The notes beneath the pieces were generated by a model. That model searched no databases. It had not been told where the DNA came from and saw only the letters and a program-made list of their open reading frames with translations. A DNA stretch of 62,693 nucleotides, filler included, from Bdellovibrionota bacterium (GTDB taxonomy: Bacteria; Bdellovibrionota; Bdellovibrionia; Bdellovibrionales; JAEYZS01): the NCBI GenBank assembly GCA_963169515.1. It is 4 parts of 4 records of this genome, joined end to end, with 100 filler letters (N's around TTAATTAATTAA, not from the genome) between each part and the next. Parts side by side here need not be neighbours in the genome. Positions count along the whole stretch, not along the records: positions 16,090 to 24,452 come from CAUJEF010000057.1; positions 24,553 to 50,391 come from CAUJEF010000058.1; 2 more parts are not named here. The stretch is one strand, 5' to 3'. A program made the position numbers and the translations under genes. How positions within the stretch are numbered: position 1 is the stretch's first letter; every line of letters begins with the position of its first letter. Below are positions 19,044 to 29,261 of this stretch, piece by piece.

Positions 19044-19922
19044 ATGGATTCAAGTTTATACTTCTATGCCCTGCTTTCGACATCATTGTTCGGTTTTAGC
19101 TCTCTTATTTTCACAGAGTACACTCGAAAAATCAGCTCAATTTGGATGAACTGTGTAAAGGCCGGCGTTGCCATGATCGCAGCGCTTATCGTGGTCAGCC
19201 TATTTTATCAATGGAATACCGTTTCCACAAAAAGCGTGGGACTCTTTATGTTTAGTGGGATTATTGGGCTCACGCTTGCCGATATTTTATTGCTAAACTC
19301 GTTTAAACGATTGGGGCCCGGTCGTGCTCTCGTGCTTTTTGGGTTTCATCCACTCACCCTAGGAATTGCGTCATATTTGGTGCTCGGCCAAGAGGTTTCA
19401 ACCTCAAAATTTTATGCAATTATTTTTCTTGTCGGCTGCTTAGTTGTATTTAGTTATGAAAAATTTAAAACCGATGGTCACTGGGAAATCAAGGGGTTGT
19501 TGTTGGCGCTGTCAGCTGTTCTGATGGATGCCACTGGGCTTTTAATTACACGGATAGGATTTGATATATCTCCACAGGTAACTCCGCTCGAAGGACATTT
19601 TTATCGTTGCTCAGGATCTTCGCTTGGATTCCTATTTATCCAACTTATTTCCCCTTTTGGATTATTAAAAAATTTCCAAAGTTTGCCCAAAAAAACTCGC
19701 TGGGTCCCACTCGCGGGTGGTTTGCTTGGAACCTTTTTTTCACTCTGGGCATATTTTATCGCAATTCAAAAAGGCAACTTGGCCAGCGTCACCGCTGTTG
19801 CCATTACAAGCCCTTTTATTGCAACTATCTTTGAATGTGCATATTACCGAAAAAAACCAAGCATTTATCTAATGGTGGCTTTTGTATTTTTTGTATGTGG
19901 ATTCATCATCCTGGTCATGTAG
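19044..19922 (+). CDS. DMT/EamA family transporter
   Basis: About 10 TM helices in two repeats. Confidence 0.85.
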   Translation: MDSSLYFYALLSTSLFGFSSLIFTEYTRKISSIWMNCVKAGVAMIAALIVVSLFYQWNTVSTKSVGLFMFSGIIGLTLADILLLNSFKRLGPGRALVLFGFHPLTLGIASYLVLGQEVSTSKFYAIIFLVGCLVVFSYEKFKTDGHWEIKGLLLALSAVLMDATGLLITRIGFDISPQVTPLEGHFYRCSGSSLGFLFIQLISPFGLLKNFQSLPKKTRWVPLAGGLLGTFFSLWAYFIAIQKGNLASVTAVAITSPFIATIFECAYYRKKPSIYLMVAFVFFVCGFIILVM

Positions 19923-19995
19923 CGTTGCCGCTCGCAATAAGTTGACGGACCCCATTCAAATTGGGAACATTTTAGCTGATTAATGGGGAGGACCT

Positions 19996-20556
19996 ATGAA
20001 AGTAATTATTTCCTTACTGATGCTTTGCGCTCTACCTGCATTTGCAGATCACCACACAGGGTTTAAATCTGGAAACGATATTTCGATCGTTACATTACGA
20101 GGTACCGTTTACATGACTTGCTACACACCGATGCCGCCAGCTTGGGCGACTTTTTATTGTTGGGATGCGCTCGCAAATCCAGGCTTCTCTGACAAATTTG
20201 TTTTATCCGAACCCGTTGACGCAGACAAAGTTACGCTCTCGGTAACAAAGAAGAATGGAAAGATTATTAAAAAAACCGAAAAATACAATGCAAAGAAAAA
20301 CGAAAGTGGCGATTTCAATTTATTAATTGATACCGTATTTCAAAATCCGCTTCTTGAGCTTGGATCAAACGAAGTCTCTTATTCCATGATGAAAAAAGGG
20401 AAAGAAGTTGCTCGTGGAACTTTTATCGCAACAGCGGCAGTCACAGAAGAGCGTGAATGTCGCCCACGCAGCCTCTATGGAAGCTATAGCGACTGTACGA
20501 GCCAAGCAGCGGCCTGTAACTACTATTTCTATTCAGAAAACGATTGCCAGTATTAA
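19996..20556 (+). CDS. Hypothetical secreted Cys-containing protein
   Basis: Signal peptide (AFA), GGGGAGG SD, Cys-rich C-terminus. Confidence 0.75.
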   Translation: MKVIISLLMLCALPAFADHHTGFKSGNDISIVTLRGTVYMTCYTPMPPAWATFYCWDALANPGFSDKFVLSEPVDADKVTLSVTKKNGKIIKKTEKYNAKKNESGDFNLLIDTVFQNPLLELGSNEVSYSMMKKGKEVARGTFIATAAVTEERECRPRSLYGSYSDCTSQAAACNYYFYSENDCQY

Positions 20557-21851
20557 ATCAACAGACCTGCGATTGAGGCAGTAATGAATGAAGCAAGACT
20601 GCCTCCAATCACCGCCCGCATTCCCAGCTTTGCAATTTCGCTACGTCGGTCCGGCGCCAGGCTGCCTGTTCCGCCAATTTGAATTGCGATCGACGAAAAA
20701 TTTGCAAAACCACACAACGCATACGATGCGATAATCATGGATCGATCACTTAATTGGTCCCCCAATGTCGATAGGTGCTGATACGCAACAAATTCGTTTA
20801 GCACGACCTTTTCACCGAGCAACGAACCGATCGCAGTCACTTCATTCAAAGGAACACCCATCAACCAAGCCACCGGGGCAAAAAGCCAACCCAAAATCAT
20901 CTGCAAGCTCAATACAACATTACCGTCCGTTTTAAAAATCGGGTGAACCATTGCCTCCCCCCATTTTTCAAAATGAATAAGATGGCCAATCCATCCCAGA
21001 ATGCCGTTCATCATGGCCACCAACGCAATAAACGCAAGCAACATCACACCCACATTCAAAGCTAAATGAAGCCCATCGCTCGCGCCACGAGCGGCAGCTT
21101 CAACAACATTAGAGTCAATTTTTGTGGATTCTTTTGGAACTTTGCCCAGCGTGAGTGGTTTTTCTGTTTCTGGAATAATCAGCTTTGCAACTATCAATGC
21201 CGCAGGCGCCGCAAGCACACTTGCCGTTAATAAATGGCCGGCTATATCTGGAATACGTTCGCGCAATAACCCCACGTATGCAGCCATGACCCCGCCTGCC
21301 ACGGTTGCCATACCACCCACCATGACGGCATAAATTTCTGATCGAGTTAAAAAATTCACATAGGGCTTTATCATTAGCGGAGATTCTGTTTGTCCAACAA
21401 AGATCTCCGCCGCTGTTGCAAGAGCTTCGGCCCCGCTCACTTTCAAAAATTTATGCATAACAACTGCAATACCGTGAATCACTTTTTGCATAACGCCAAG
21501 ATGATATAAGATTGTCATGATCGATGAGAAAAATACAATTGTCGGCAGAACATGGATTGCAAATACAAATCCCGTTTTTTGCACATCCGCCAGTGGGCCA
21601 AACAAAAATTGGACCCCATATTCCGTGAAATTTAAAAACGAATTCACAACGTCATTTGCAACGGCAAAAAGCCCCTGAAGCAGACCCTTTACCCCCATCG
21701 CTGGAATCCCCAGAACCAAAACGGCAAACACCAGCTGAAGAACAATACCATTCAAGACAGCCCGTCGTTGTATCGCTTTTTTGTTTTCTGATAACACGTA
21801 ACAAATGCCTAGAAACGTCGCAACACCAATTAAACTTACAAATCTTTCCAA
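20553..21851 (-). CDS. nupC: NupC/CNT family Na+/H+:nucleoside transporter
   Basis: FVGQTESPL, GGMATVAG, KVVLNEFVAY, LCGFANFSS; TTG start with AGGAGG. Confidence 0.93.
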   Translation of the reverse strand: MERFVSLIGVATFLGICYVLSENKKAIQRRAVLNGIVLQLVFAVLVLGIPAMGVKGLLQGLFAVANDVVNSFLNFTEYGVQFLFGPLADVQKTGFVFAIHVLPTIVFFSSIMTILYHLGVMQKVIHGIAVVMHKFLKVSGAEALATAAEIFVGQTESPLMIKPYVNFLTRSEIYAVMVGGMATVAGGVMAAYVGLLRERIPDIAGHLLTASVLAAPAALIVAKLIIPETEKPLTLGKVPKESTKIDSNVVEAAARGASDGLHLALNVGVMLLAFIALVAMMNGILGWIGHLIHFEKWGEAMVHPIFKTDGNVVLSLQMILGWLFAPVAWLMGVPLNEVTAIGSLLGEKVVLNEFVAYQHLSTLGDQLSDRSMIIASYALCGFANFSSIAIQIGGTGSLAPDRRSEIAKLGMRAVIGGSLASFITASIAGLLI

Positions 21852-21867
21852 AGACCCCTCCTAATAG

Positions 21868-21924
21868 AAGGTTCCAGGTTCCTTTTTGGTCCGCATATCG
21901 GACCAAAAAGGAACCTGGAACCTT
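21868..21924. repeat. Perfect 26-bp inverted repeat (5-nt loop) between divergent nupC and purK
   Basis: AAGGTTCCAGGTTCCTTTTTGGTCCG-catat-CGGACCAAAAAGGAACCTGGAACCTT. Confidence 0.95.
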
Positions 21925-21979
21925 TTGGAACCTTTTTCTCCGCTGACACCATAGGGGAAGTGGACTAGTTTAGGAACCT

Positions 21980-23176
21980 ATGATGCATGATTTATCGACA
22001 GAAAAAACCATCGGCGTTTTAGGTGGGGGCCAATTGGCTCTGATGATGGCCCAAAAAGCCCAAAAGCTGGGGTTAAAAACACGCGTTTACAACAAAACCC
22101 CTGACTGTCCAGCTCGATTGGCAGGAGCCGAAGTGAAAACGAACCTTCGAGACTTTTTTAAAGGGCTTCACGTTGTAACCATCGAAAACGAATTTTTAGA
22201 TTTCAAAGAGATAATGGAAGCAGTTCAGGACATGCACATTCATGTTTTTCCTGCCCTTGATATCATCGAATTGACTCAAAACAAACTAAATCAAAAGTTT
22301 ATATTTCAAAAACTCGATCTTCCGACCACAGATTTTGTGCATTTCGATCCACAAATGGATGACTTAGACGCATGGGTAAACACATTGGAGATTCCGTGCG
22401 TAATCAAATGGGCGTTTGGCGGCTACGATGGGCGTGGAAATTTTGCTATTCATAATAAAAGCCAAATCGCAGACGCCGTATCATTTTGTAAAAAAGCTTT
22501 AGAAAATAACTCGACAGTCTATGCCGAGCAATTTGTTCACTTTACCCGTGAACTCGCGATGGTTTATGTCCGTTCAATGGCAGGAGACTTTATCCACTAC
22601 CCACTTGTTATTTCAGAACAAGATAAAAATATTTGCAAAACCGTGATGGGGCCTGCCAATTCTTTTTTTGATTCAAGTCTTTTAGAGCAAGAGGCCATTC
22701 GAATTGGAACAGAATTGTCAGACATTCTTGGTTTTACAGGAGCCTTTGCGATCGAGTTTTTTGAAACAGAACACGGTGAGCTTTTAATTAACGAAATGGC
22801 TCCGCGAGTCCACAATTCTGGCCATTACACCCAAGATGTGTTCAAGGTCGATCAATTTGAAAATCATATTCGTGCGGTCTTGGGCCTTAAGTTGGCAGGG
22901 GAAAAATCTACAAATCATTTTATAATGCGAAATCTTCTCGGGCCAGATGGGCTGTCAGCGGATCTGCCCAATGAAGATTTAGCCAAAGCATTCAGCCTAT
23001 CGCCCGATATTCATGTACATTGGTACGGAAAAACAGAGCTAAAACCAGGACGAAAAATGGGTCACCTGAACCTTGTGTTTGAGGACAAAAACCAAGTCCA
23101 GTCCAAAATGGCGAGCCTCGTGGACGCAGAACAAAAAATTTGGCAAAATATCAAGAAGAACTACGGAAAAAGCTGA
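21980..23176 (+). CDS. purK: N5-CAIR synthetase
   Basis: [33 protein letters not shown]. Confidence 0.95.
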   Translation: MMHDLSTEKTIGVLGGGQLALMMAQKAQKLGLKTRVYNKTPDCPARLAGAEVKTNLRDFFKGLHVVTIENEFLDFKEIMEAVQDMHIHVFPALDIIELTQNKLNQKFIFQKLDLPTTDFVHFDPQMDDLDAWVNTLEIPCVIKWAFGGYDGRGNFAIHNKSQIADAVSFCKKALENNSTVYAEQFVHFTRELAMVYVRSMAGDFIHYPLVISEQDKNICKTVMGPANSFFDSSLLEQEAIRIGTELSDILGFTGAFAIEFFETEHGELLINEMAPRVHNSGHYTQDVFKVDQFENHIRAVLGLKLAGEKSTNHFIMRNLLGPDGLSADLPNEDLAKAFSLSPDIHVHWYGKTELKPGRKMGHLNLVFEDKNQVQSKMASLVDAEQKIWQNIKKNYGKS

Positions 23177-23177
23177 T

Positions 23178-23729
23178 ATGGCAACTAAGAAACGCACCAA
23201 GAAATCTCGAAAAAAATCAAAATCGAAGCGCCGCAAATCACAAGGCCTAATCGCAATCATAATGGGCAGTGATTCGGACTATCCGATAATGAAAGAGGCC
23301 GAATCTGCTCTGGACGAATTGGACATTTCTTACACCACCTTAATTATTTCTGCCCACAGAACGCCTGACGAAATGACAAAATTCGCAAAAAGTGCCGTTT
23401 CCAAGGGTTTCCGCGTTGTCATTGCCGGCGCTGGTGGCGCGGCCCACTTACCCGGAATGGTTGCATCCCTGTCCCCACTCCCCGTAATCGGGGTTCCGAT
23501 TTCAACAGGCACACTTGAAGGACAGGATTCTTTGCTGTCGATTGTTCAGATGCCCAAAGGTGTTCCTGTTGCCACCGTTGCCATTAATAACGCGTACAAT
23601 GCTGGTCTGCTTGCAGCACAGATACTCGCCGCCGGTGGAGAAAAGTCCAATATACAAATGATTAACAAAATCAAAACTTACAAACTACGATTACGTTCAC
23701 AAGTTCTTAAAAAACGCTTAAAGAAATAA
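23178..23729 (+). CDS. purE: N5-CAIR mutase with a basic N-terminal extension
   Basis: [32 protein letters not shown] 23178 just after the purK stop. Confidence 0.96.
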   Translation: MATKKRTKKSRKKSKSKRRKSQGLIAIIMGSDSDYPIMKEAESALDELDISYTTLIISAHRTPDEMTKFAKSAVSKGFRVVIAGAGGAAHLPGMVASLSPLPVIGVPISTGTLEGQDSLLSIVQMPKGVPVATVAINNAYNAGLLAAQILAAGGEKSNIQMINKIKTYKLRLRSQVLKKRLKK

Positions 23730-23760
23730 AACTGGTGGGACAAGTTTTTTACTTGAATTA

Positions 23761-23779
23761 TATGGTATAATATGCCATA
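23761..23779. promoter_or_regulatory. Putative operator palindrome overlapping an extended -10
   Basis: TATGGTATA-A-TATGCCATA (8/9 inverted repeat) containing TGGTATAAT. Confidence 0.6.
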
Positions 23780-23783
23780 GTAT

Positions 23784-24119
23784 TTGAGAGTGAAGGCGAC
23801 AAAGCGGCGAGCTACTCTAATTTTGAATGAAAAGATTCCCTTGGAATCCGGCTTACTCCGTGAGGTTGTCGTGTGGTCGGTACCAGTCAGCGTGAAGTAT
23901 CCAGATGGAGTAAAGTATCATCTGGCTTTGGTTGATCCTTTGTCGGGAAAGGCCCTGTTGTTATTTGATAATCATTTTCCGAAAGGGCACCACCACCACT
24001 CATCTGACGGCGAAGAAAGCCCGCTTGTTTATACCAATTTAACGGACCTTCTTACGCTTTATTACGAACAAGAAAAAGTGGAGATTAATAGATATGAAAG
24101 CAATGCGAATAGAGATTAA
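23784..24119 (+). CDS. DUF6516/TumE-like toxin
   Basis: VVWSVP..KYPDGVKYHL...FDNHFPKGHHHH pattern; overlaps the downstream HTH gene. Confidence 0.75.
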   Translation: MRVKATKRRATLILNEKIPLESGLLREVVVWSVPVSVKYPDGVKYHLALVDPLSGKALLLFDNHFPKGHHHHSSDGEESPLVYTNLTDLLTLYYEQEKVEINRYESNANRD

Positions 24120-24452
24120 GCCAAAATCCGATTTAGAAGCTGAAAGCTTAGCTGTAGCAAGAGCCTTTGACCAAGGCAAAAAAACGAAACGCATTTCGGG
24201 CACATACTTTGAGTCAATGCAGGCAGTGCGTAAATTTCTGACAGATAAACGATTGGAAGTTTGGCGCACAATCCGCGATCAAAGACCCGGATCTATCAGC
24301 GACCTGGCAAAAATGCTAAATCGTGATTTCAAGAGCATTCATTCCGATGTAACACTGCTGGAATCAATCGGACTTGTGAAGCTAAAGAGACGTAAAGGTC
24401 AGCGCGGCGATGTACAAACACCTATAGCGTTGGTCGATGAGATACTTCTTTC
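24094..24452 (+). CDS. wHTH antitoxin (HVO_A0114/TumA-like), truncated at gap
   Basis: LTDKRLEVWRTI...PGSISDLAKMLNRDFKSIHSDVTLLESIGLV. Confidence 0.75.
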
Positions 24453-24552
24453 NNNNNNNNNNNNNNNNNNNNNNNNNNNNNNNNNNNNNNNNNNNNTTAA
24501 TTAATTAANNNNNNNNNNNNNNNNNNNNNNNNNNNNNNNNNNNNNNNNNNNN
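24453..24552. other. Artificial contig linker
   Basis: N44-TTAATTAATTAA-N44. Confidence 0.97.
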
Positions 24553-25214
24553 TGCGACAACAAAAGGTTACTCTCGTTTTTTATCATACCTTTGTGCAGA
24601 CCCTATTAGAGATTTTTGACCCCGCCGCATTGGCCTTTATTGACAAGGAATCCTTCATTCAAAATATTAAAGCGCGTGAGTTGCAAAGTAAATCACGTTT
24701 AGAGCGAGTGCGGACACTTCCAGTATTTTATGAACCAGGGTATTTTGAATACTTTGCTTATTCTACATGGTTGCTCCCAATCCCAGTAAAATTTGGACGT
24801 TCTTCTGATATTGCAATGATTGAACTGGTAAACTTGTATTCTGAAATAGGGGATAGATTTAACGCCCTTTCAGAAGCGGCAAATTTTGAGATTCATCGAA
24901 TCCAAAGTTTTTTGGGCTCGGGCTATCTGTTAAAAATGCAAAAATCAGAGAGAAAAGTTCTTACAGCGTTCATATATTTGTCAATTTTTAGAGACGGCAA
25001 CTGGAAGCGAGTCATACGATTGTTTAACGATAGAAATTTTAGGACTGATAAGGACTTTGTTCTTCATCTGCAGAATACGCTCAATTTTTTAGATAATGAT
25101 GCAAATAGCTTTGATTTTGACCAGGCAGTACGCGCATTTCAAAAGATCACGGTTGATTACACCGTAGAAACAATTAAATTTGGTGTTGTGTTTGGGCCGG
25201 CGATTTGGTCTTGA
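24553..25214 (+). CDS. Hypothetical protein (5' probably truncated by gap)
   Basis: The frame of the 206-aa ORF stays open back to the gap. Confidence 0.6.
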
Positions 25215-25245
25215 CCTATTTTCATCAGGTATTGATGATAAAGGT

Positions 25246-26628
25246 GTGTTTTCAAAAAATAGTTTCGCAATTTTAATTTGTATCATTACAATAGTTTCGA
25301 TTGGTCGTTTCTTTTTCTTGGAAAAAAGCCCGCCGGGCTTTTATGTCGATGAAGCAATTGGCGCTACCAACATTATTTGTATGCGACAAACGGGGCACGA
25401 CGGTTACGGTGTTCCGATGCCTTTATTTGCCGAAGCGGCAAGAAATGCGGGGGGATATACAACGCCCGCCTTCCTTTATTCGGGCATTCTGTGGACAGCG
25501 CTATTTGGTGACTCTATATTCAGCTTCCGAGCGTTTATGGCCTTTGTGACGACGCTTACAATTGTGGGGTTGTTTTTTCTTGTTCGTCAGCAAATGGGAA
25601 AAGATGTGGCTTTGCTTTCCGTATTTGCGGCGTCCTTATCCCCGTGGGCGTGGCAGTTTTCAAGAATATCGTGGGACCCCCCGTTTATGCCGCTCTTTTT
25701 TGTGTGGGGAATGTACTTTTTTTTAAAATCGAATCGCATAAGGGATTCTGTTCTGGCCGGCATACTTTTTTCGCTTGCGATGTATTCTTATCCTCCGGGC
25801 AGGGTAATGGTACCGTTATTGTTTGTGGGGGTATGGTTTTTTAAATATTTTCAAAAAAAATTCGATTTTAAGTTTATTTTAATTTTTCTGGGCATATTTA
25901 TTTTGACGTCGGTACCGCTCTTTGTATTTCTGTTGAAGCCAGAATCTTTGATGCGATTTGGGGCCGTGGGGATAACAAACCCCGAATATTTGAGGCACTT
26001 TGGTGAGCCAGGCATTTTTTTAATCTTAAAAATTTTAGTTAAAAACATTTTGCTGCACGTTCACCCGCAGTTTCTACTGATTTCTGGCGATACGAATTTA
26101 AGACACTCAACCCAATACGCAGGTGAGCTTGGGTGGGTGGATCTTTTCGGGATGCTGGCGTTGATCATCACGTTTTTTAAGTATCGTTCAATAGGTAAAA
26201 AAAACGATCAGAATTTTTTGGGGCTTTGTTTATATGGCTTTTTCTGTGGAATTCTTCCTGCGGCGCTTACGTGGGAATCAATTCCCCATGCGCTTCGGGC
26301 TATTGGTGCATGGCCATTTGTTGCTTGTATGGTTGGAATCGGACTTGCAGAACTCTGTCGAAGGAACGGAAAGTCCATTTATAGCATTGTGTTCGTTGCT
26401 ATTCTTTTTATCATTGTTTTTGGTTATAAATATTTTGTGATGTATCCGAATTCTTCCCACGCATGGTTTGATTCAGAAGTGAAAGAATGGGCACAAGAAG
26501 CTACTGTAACTGGTGACTGGAATTTGTTCGACCAAAAGACCACGGGGTATCTTGAGCTGGGTCGGAATTATTATCATCTTGCCTATGGAAAGAAATTCTG
26601 TGGACAGCTGCCTCATGTCGCGCAATAA
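25246..26628 (+). CDS. ArnT/PMT-family (GT-C) membrane glycosyltransferase
   Basis: SPPGFYVDEA after TM1, multiple TMs, SPWAWQFSR; start uncertain. Confidence 0.82.
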   Translation: MFSKNSFAILICIITIVSIGRFFFLEKSPPGFYVDEAIGATNIICMRQTGHDGYGVPMPLFAEAARNAGGYTTPAFLYSGILWTALFGDSIFSFRAFMAFVTTLTIVGLFFLVRQQMGKDVALLSVFAASLSPWAWQFSRISWDPPFMPLFFVWGMYFFLKSNRIRDSVLAGILFSLAMYSYPPGRVMVPLLFVGVWFFKYFQKKFDFKFILIFLGIFILTSVPLFVFLLKPESLMRFGAVGITNPEYLRHFGEPGIFLILKILVKNILLHVHPQFLLISGDTNLRHSTQYAGELGWVDLFGMLALIITFFKYRSIGKKNDQNFLGLCLYGFFCGILPAALTWESIPHALRAIGAWPFVACMVGIGLAELCRRNGKSIYSIVFVAILFIIVFGYKYFVMYPNSSHAWFDSEVKEWAQEATVTGDWNLFDQKTTGYLELGRNYYHLAYGKKFCGQLPHVAQ

Positions 26629-26651
26629 ATTCAAATACGAGGAACTGGAAT

Positions 26652-27080
26652 ATGTTTATTCATAACCAAAAAGACTGCCATATAATTATTATTGAGCGCA
26701 ATGAAAAATTGGCCGCTGTTCTAAATGATATCGTAGCTAAACATAAAATTAAGGGTGGTTTAATTTCAGGTTTGGGCGCTTTGAAAGATGTTGAAATGGG
26801 CTACTATGAACTGGGTAAGCGGGATTACATACGCAAAACATTTTCTGAAGAAGACTACGAGCTCATTTCGCTCAACGGAAACATTTCGTTGAAAGACGGG
26901 AAGCCATATTGCCATCTTCATGCGTCGCTTGGTTGCTCTGATTTTTCTGTTTTTGGCGGCCATTTATTTGAAGCAACAGTTGCCGTCACGTGTGAAATTT
27001 CGATAATTTCAATGGGGTTTATGCCTGAGCGATTACTAAACCCAGATGTGGGGATTGCAACAATCTGTAAAATTACCTAG
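26652..27080 (+). CDS. PPC/DUF296 domain protein
   Basis: ELISLNGNI, HLHASL, GGHL. Confidence 0.9.
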   Translation: MFIHNQKDCHIIIIERNEKLAAVLNDIVAKHKIKGGLISGLGALKDVEMGYYELGKRDYIRKTFSEEDYELISLNGNISLKDGKPYCHLHASLGCSDFSVFGGHLFEATVAVTCEISIISMGFMPERLLNPDVGIATICKIT

Positions 27081-27958
27081 TGATGGTGTTCCAAGTCTTC
27101 GGAGCACTTCTCGGATTGAAGTTCAATTTCAATGGTGGAATGAATTTTCCCAAAGGACTTGAAAATAGACCGCAAATCATGTTTCATTCTTGAAAAATCA
27201 CGGACATTGTCATCGGCAATCACGTGCAGAGTAAGAATATGTCGTTCGCCATCGAGGGACCAAAAATGGATGTCATGAATGTCGATGACACCATTTACAG
27301 ATAAAATTTGGGTTTTCAAATTTTCAGTATTTACATTAAGCGGTGTCGTTTGTAGAAATAAACGGCCTGTTCCATAAAGCATCTTGGAAACATTCCACAA
27401 GATATAAAAGGAAATCGCCACTGCCAGTGCCGTATCGAGCCAATACCACTTGAATGCGATGATAAAAATTGACCCCACAAGCACGGCTGCCCATCCCAAA
27501 ACATCTTCGATAAGATGCCACGTTAAGACCCGCTCGTTCATCGTTTTGCCGTGTGACATTGAAAGTGCAGCGTAGCCGTTTACAGCGACACCGAAGATGG
27601 CAAAGCCCAGCATACCCCAACCATGAATTTCTGAGGGATTCAAAAATTTTTGATAGGCATTTATTAAGACATAGACAGATCCTGTAACGAGGATAAGCCC
27701 TGTGATTAAAGATGAAAATAAAGACAGTCGGCGATAGCCGTAAGTGAACGCGCTATCGGGTCCTTTTTCAGAAAGGCCTTGTAATATCCACGCAAGACCC
27801 AATGTGAGCGAGTCCCCAAAATCATGTAGGGCATCTGCAAGAATTGCGAAACTTCCAGTCAAAAAACTAGCTATAATTTCAATGATTGCAAAAACAAGGT
27901 TTAAGAAAAAAGCGACTTGGATTCTTTTTGTTGGGGTGTGGTGATGGTGTGAGTGCAA
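27077..27958 (-). CDS. Cation diffusion facilitator (CzcD/ZitB-like)
   Basis: ILADALHDFGD, FTYGYRR, HLIED, IHDIHFW, His-rich ends. Confidence 0.93.
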   Translation of the reverse strand: MHSHHHHTPTKRIQVAFFLNLVFAIIEIIASFLTGSFAILADALHDFGDSLTLGLAWILQGLSEKGPDSAFTYGYRRLSLFSSLITGLILVTGSVYVLINAYQKFLNPSEIHGWGMLGFAIFGVAVNGYAALSMSHGKTMNERVLTWHLIEDVLGWAAVLVGSIFIIAFKWYWLDTALAVAISFYILWNVSKMLYGTGRLFLQTTPLNVNTENLKTQILSVNGVIDIHDIHFWSLDGERHILTLHVIADDNVRDFSRMKHDLRSIFKSFGKIHSTIEIELQSEKCSEDLEHHH

Positions 27959-28125
27959 ACCAAGTCCTCCTGGACCATTTAGCTTTAAGTAGAACTAGAC
28001 CCATTCTAACTTTCAAGTTATTTTTAATTAATGAAAGCTTTGGTCCTACTTGTAACACTTTTTTCATCCCTTGCACACGCTGAACTTGAGGTAAAGGGTG
28101 TTTTAGGTGGGCGGGGGTTGATTCT

Positions 28126-28620
28126 GTGAAGAAACGCATGATACCCACTGCAAATTCAATCCATCCCTCGCTTCGGGTTAAGGTCCCGTATGTGTATGTT
28201 CCCCGAAGCGACTTTGTCATTGGTGATCAAAAAGGCGAGCGAATTCGAATGTTTTTTTATAAAAGCGCGCGGGCAAAAGAATTATTGGCAAAAGTCTATC
28301 TTGGGAAAAAATGTTCAGGTCCGCCAGGGCATGCCCACGGCGGCTGTACTGCTGCGGTTTTGGATGAGATTATGGGGGCAACAGGATGGTACTGTGGGTA
28401 TCCTGTTGTTGCCGGGAAAATTGAAGTTGAATTTTTGCATATGGTTCCGCTGAAAGAAACCTATGTTCTTCAGGGGCGCATAATGGGGAGCGAGGGGAAA
28501 AAGGTTTTCACGGAAGGTTATTTGTTTGACCGCTCAGGTAAGCTCTATGCCCGTTCGAGCGGTATTTTTATCAAGATATCCGGCGAAAAACTGAAGAAGT
28601 TGGAGAAGCTAAGATTCTAA
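28126..28620 (+). CDS. PaaI-family hotdog thioesterase
   Basis: GPPGHAHGGCTAAVLDEIMG. Confidence 0.88.
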   Translation: MKKRMIPTANSIHPSLRVKVPYVYVPRSDFVIGDQKGERIRMFFYKSARAKELLAKVYLGKKCSGPPGHAHGGCTAAVLDEIMGATGWYCGYPVVAGKIEVEFLHMVPLKETYVLQGRIMGSEGKKVFTEGYLFDRSGKLYARSSGIFIKISGEKLKKLEKLRF

Positions 28621-29095
28621 ATGTCTCATTTTTATTTTTAGAAGCCACGCTCAGAATAAATTTTTTCGACGAATAGGTTTTTCCATTCCATTTTTCAGTA
28701 TGGATTTTATTAAATCCATACTTGAATCCCTGGCCAATGCATTTGGAAATAGCCTCCTTTAGTGTCCACAGGATGTAAAAGTCTTTGGTTTTGTCTTTAC
28801 ATTTTAAATAGTTTGAAATTTCCACATCTGTTCCGATGCGTTCGGTAATCTTTTGAAAATTACGGATCTTCATTTTTTCTATATCAATGCCCACCTGTGA
28901 TTTTGAAAATGCGATTGTCCATACGGTGGACGTGTGTGAGATATTGAAATGAAGCGCTTTGTGATTTTTGAAATAGGGCTTGTTGCAGGAATCACGTCCG
29001 ATAATAAGGTCCTTGTCTGTGTAACGGCGGGCAAGCTTCAAGATCATCTTGCGCGGGTTTTTGGGTCTTTTTAGTATAAAAATATCAGTTGTCAT
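28571..29095 (-). CDS. Sfp-type 4'-phosphopantetheinyl transferase
   Basis: KP...FNISHT, VGIDIE, WTLKEAISKCIG. Confidence 0.9.
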   Translation of the reverse strand: MTTDIFILKRPKNPRKMILKLARRYTDKDLIIGRDSCNKPYFKNHKALHFNISHTSTVWTIAFSKSQVGIDIEKMKIRNFQKITERIGTDVEISNYLKCKDKTKDFYILWTLKEAISKCIGQGFKYGFNKIHTEKWNGKTYSSKKFILSVASKNKNETFRILASPTSSVFRRIS

Positions 29096-29237
29096 GGCCG
29101 CAATTTAAGCGGAAAGGGTGGGTCTGGGTAGAGCTTTTGCCCTGAGAACAGGCAAGACCCGAAAACAGACCAAAATCTTGATATGTTTCATATAGTTGTC
29201 TTGTTTTGAGACAAATTTAAAAATAGCTTTTAAATAC

Positions 29238-29255
29238 GAACGATCGTGCTAAAAT
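29238..29255 (+). promoter_or_regulatory. Putative TetR operator and extended -10
   Basis: GAACGATCGTGC (core palindrome ACGATCGT) abutting TGCTAAAAT, 6 nt before the ATG. Confidence 0.55.
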
Positions 29256-29261
29256 AGGGGT

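Noticed and set aside
23073..23177. Extended ORF-track starts (purE 23073, also yraN 53816, 42920, 49536, 59804, 59880)
   Set aside because: They overlap neighbouring genes or promoters; downstream starts fit SD position and family length better
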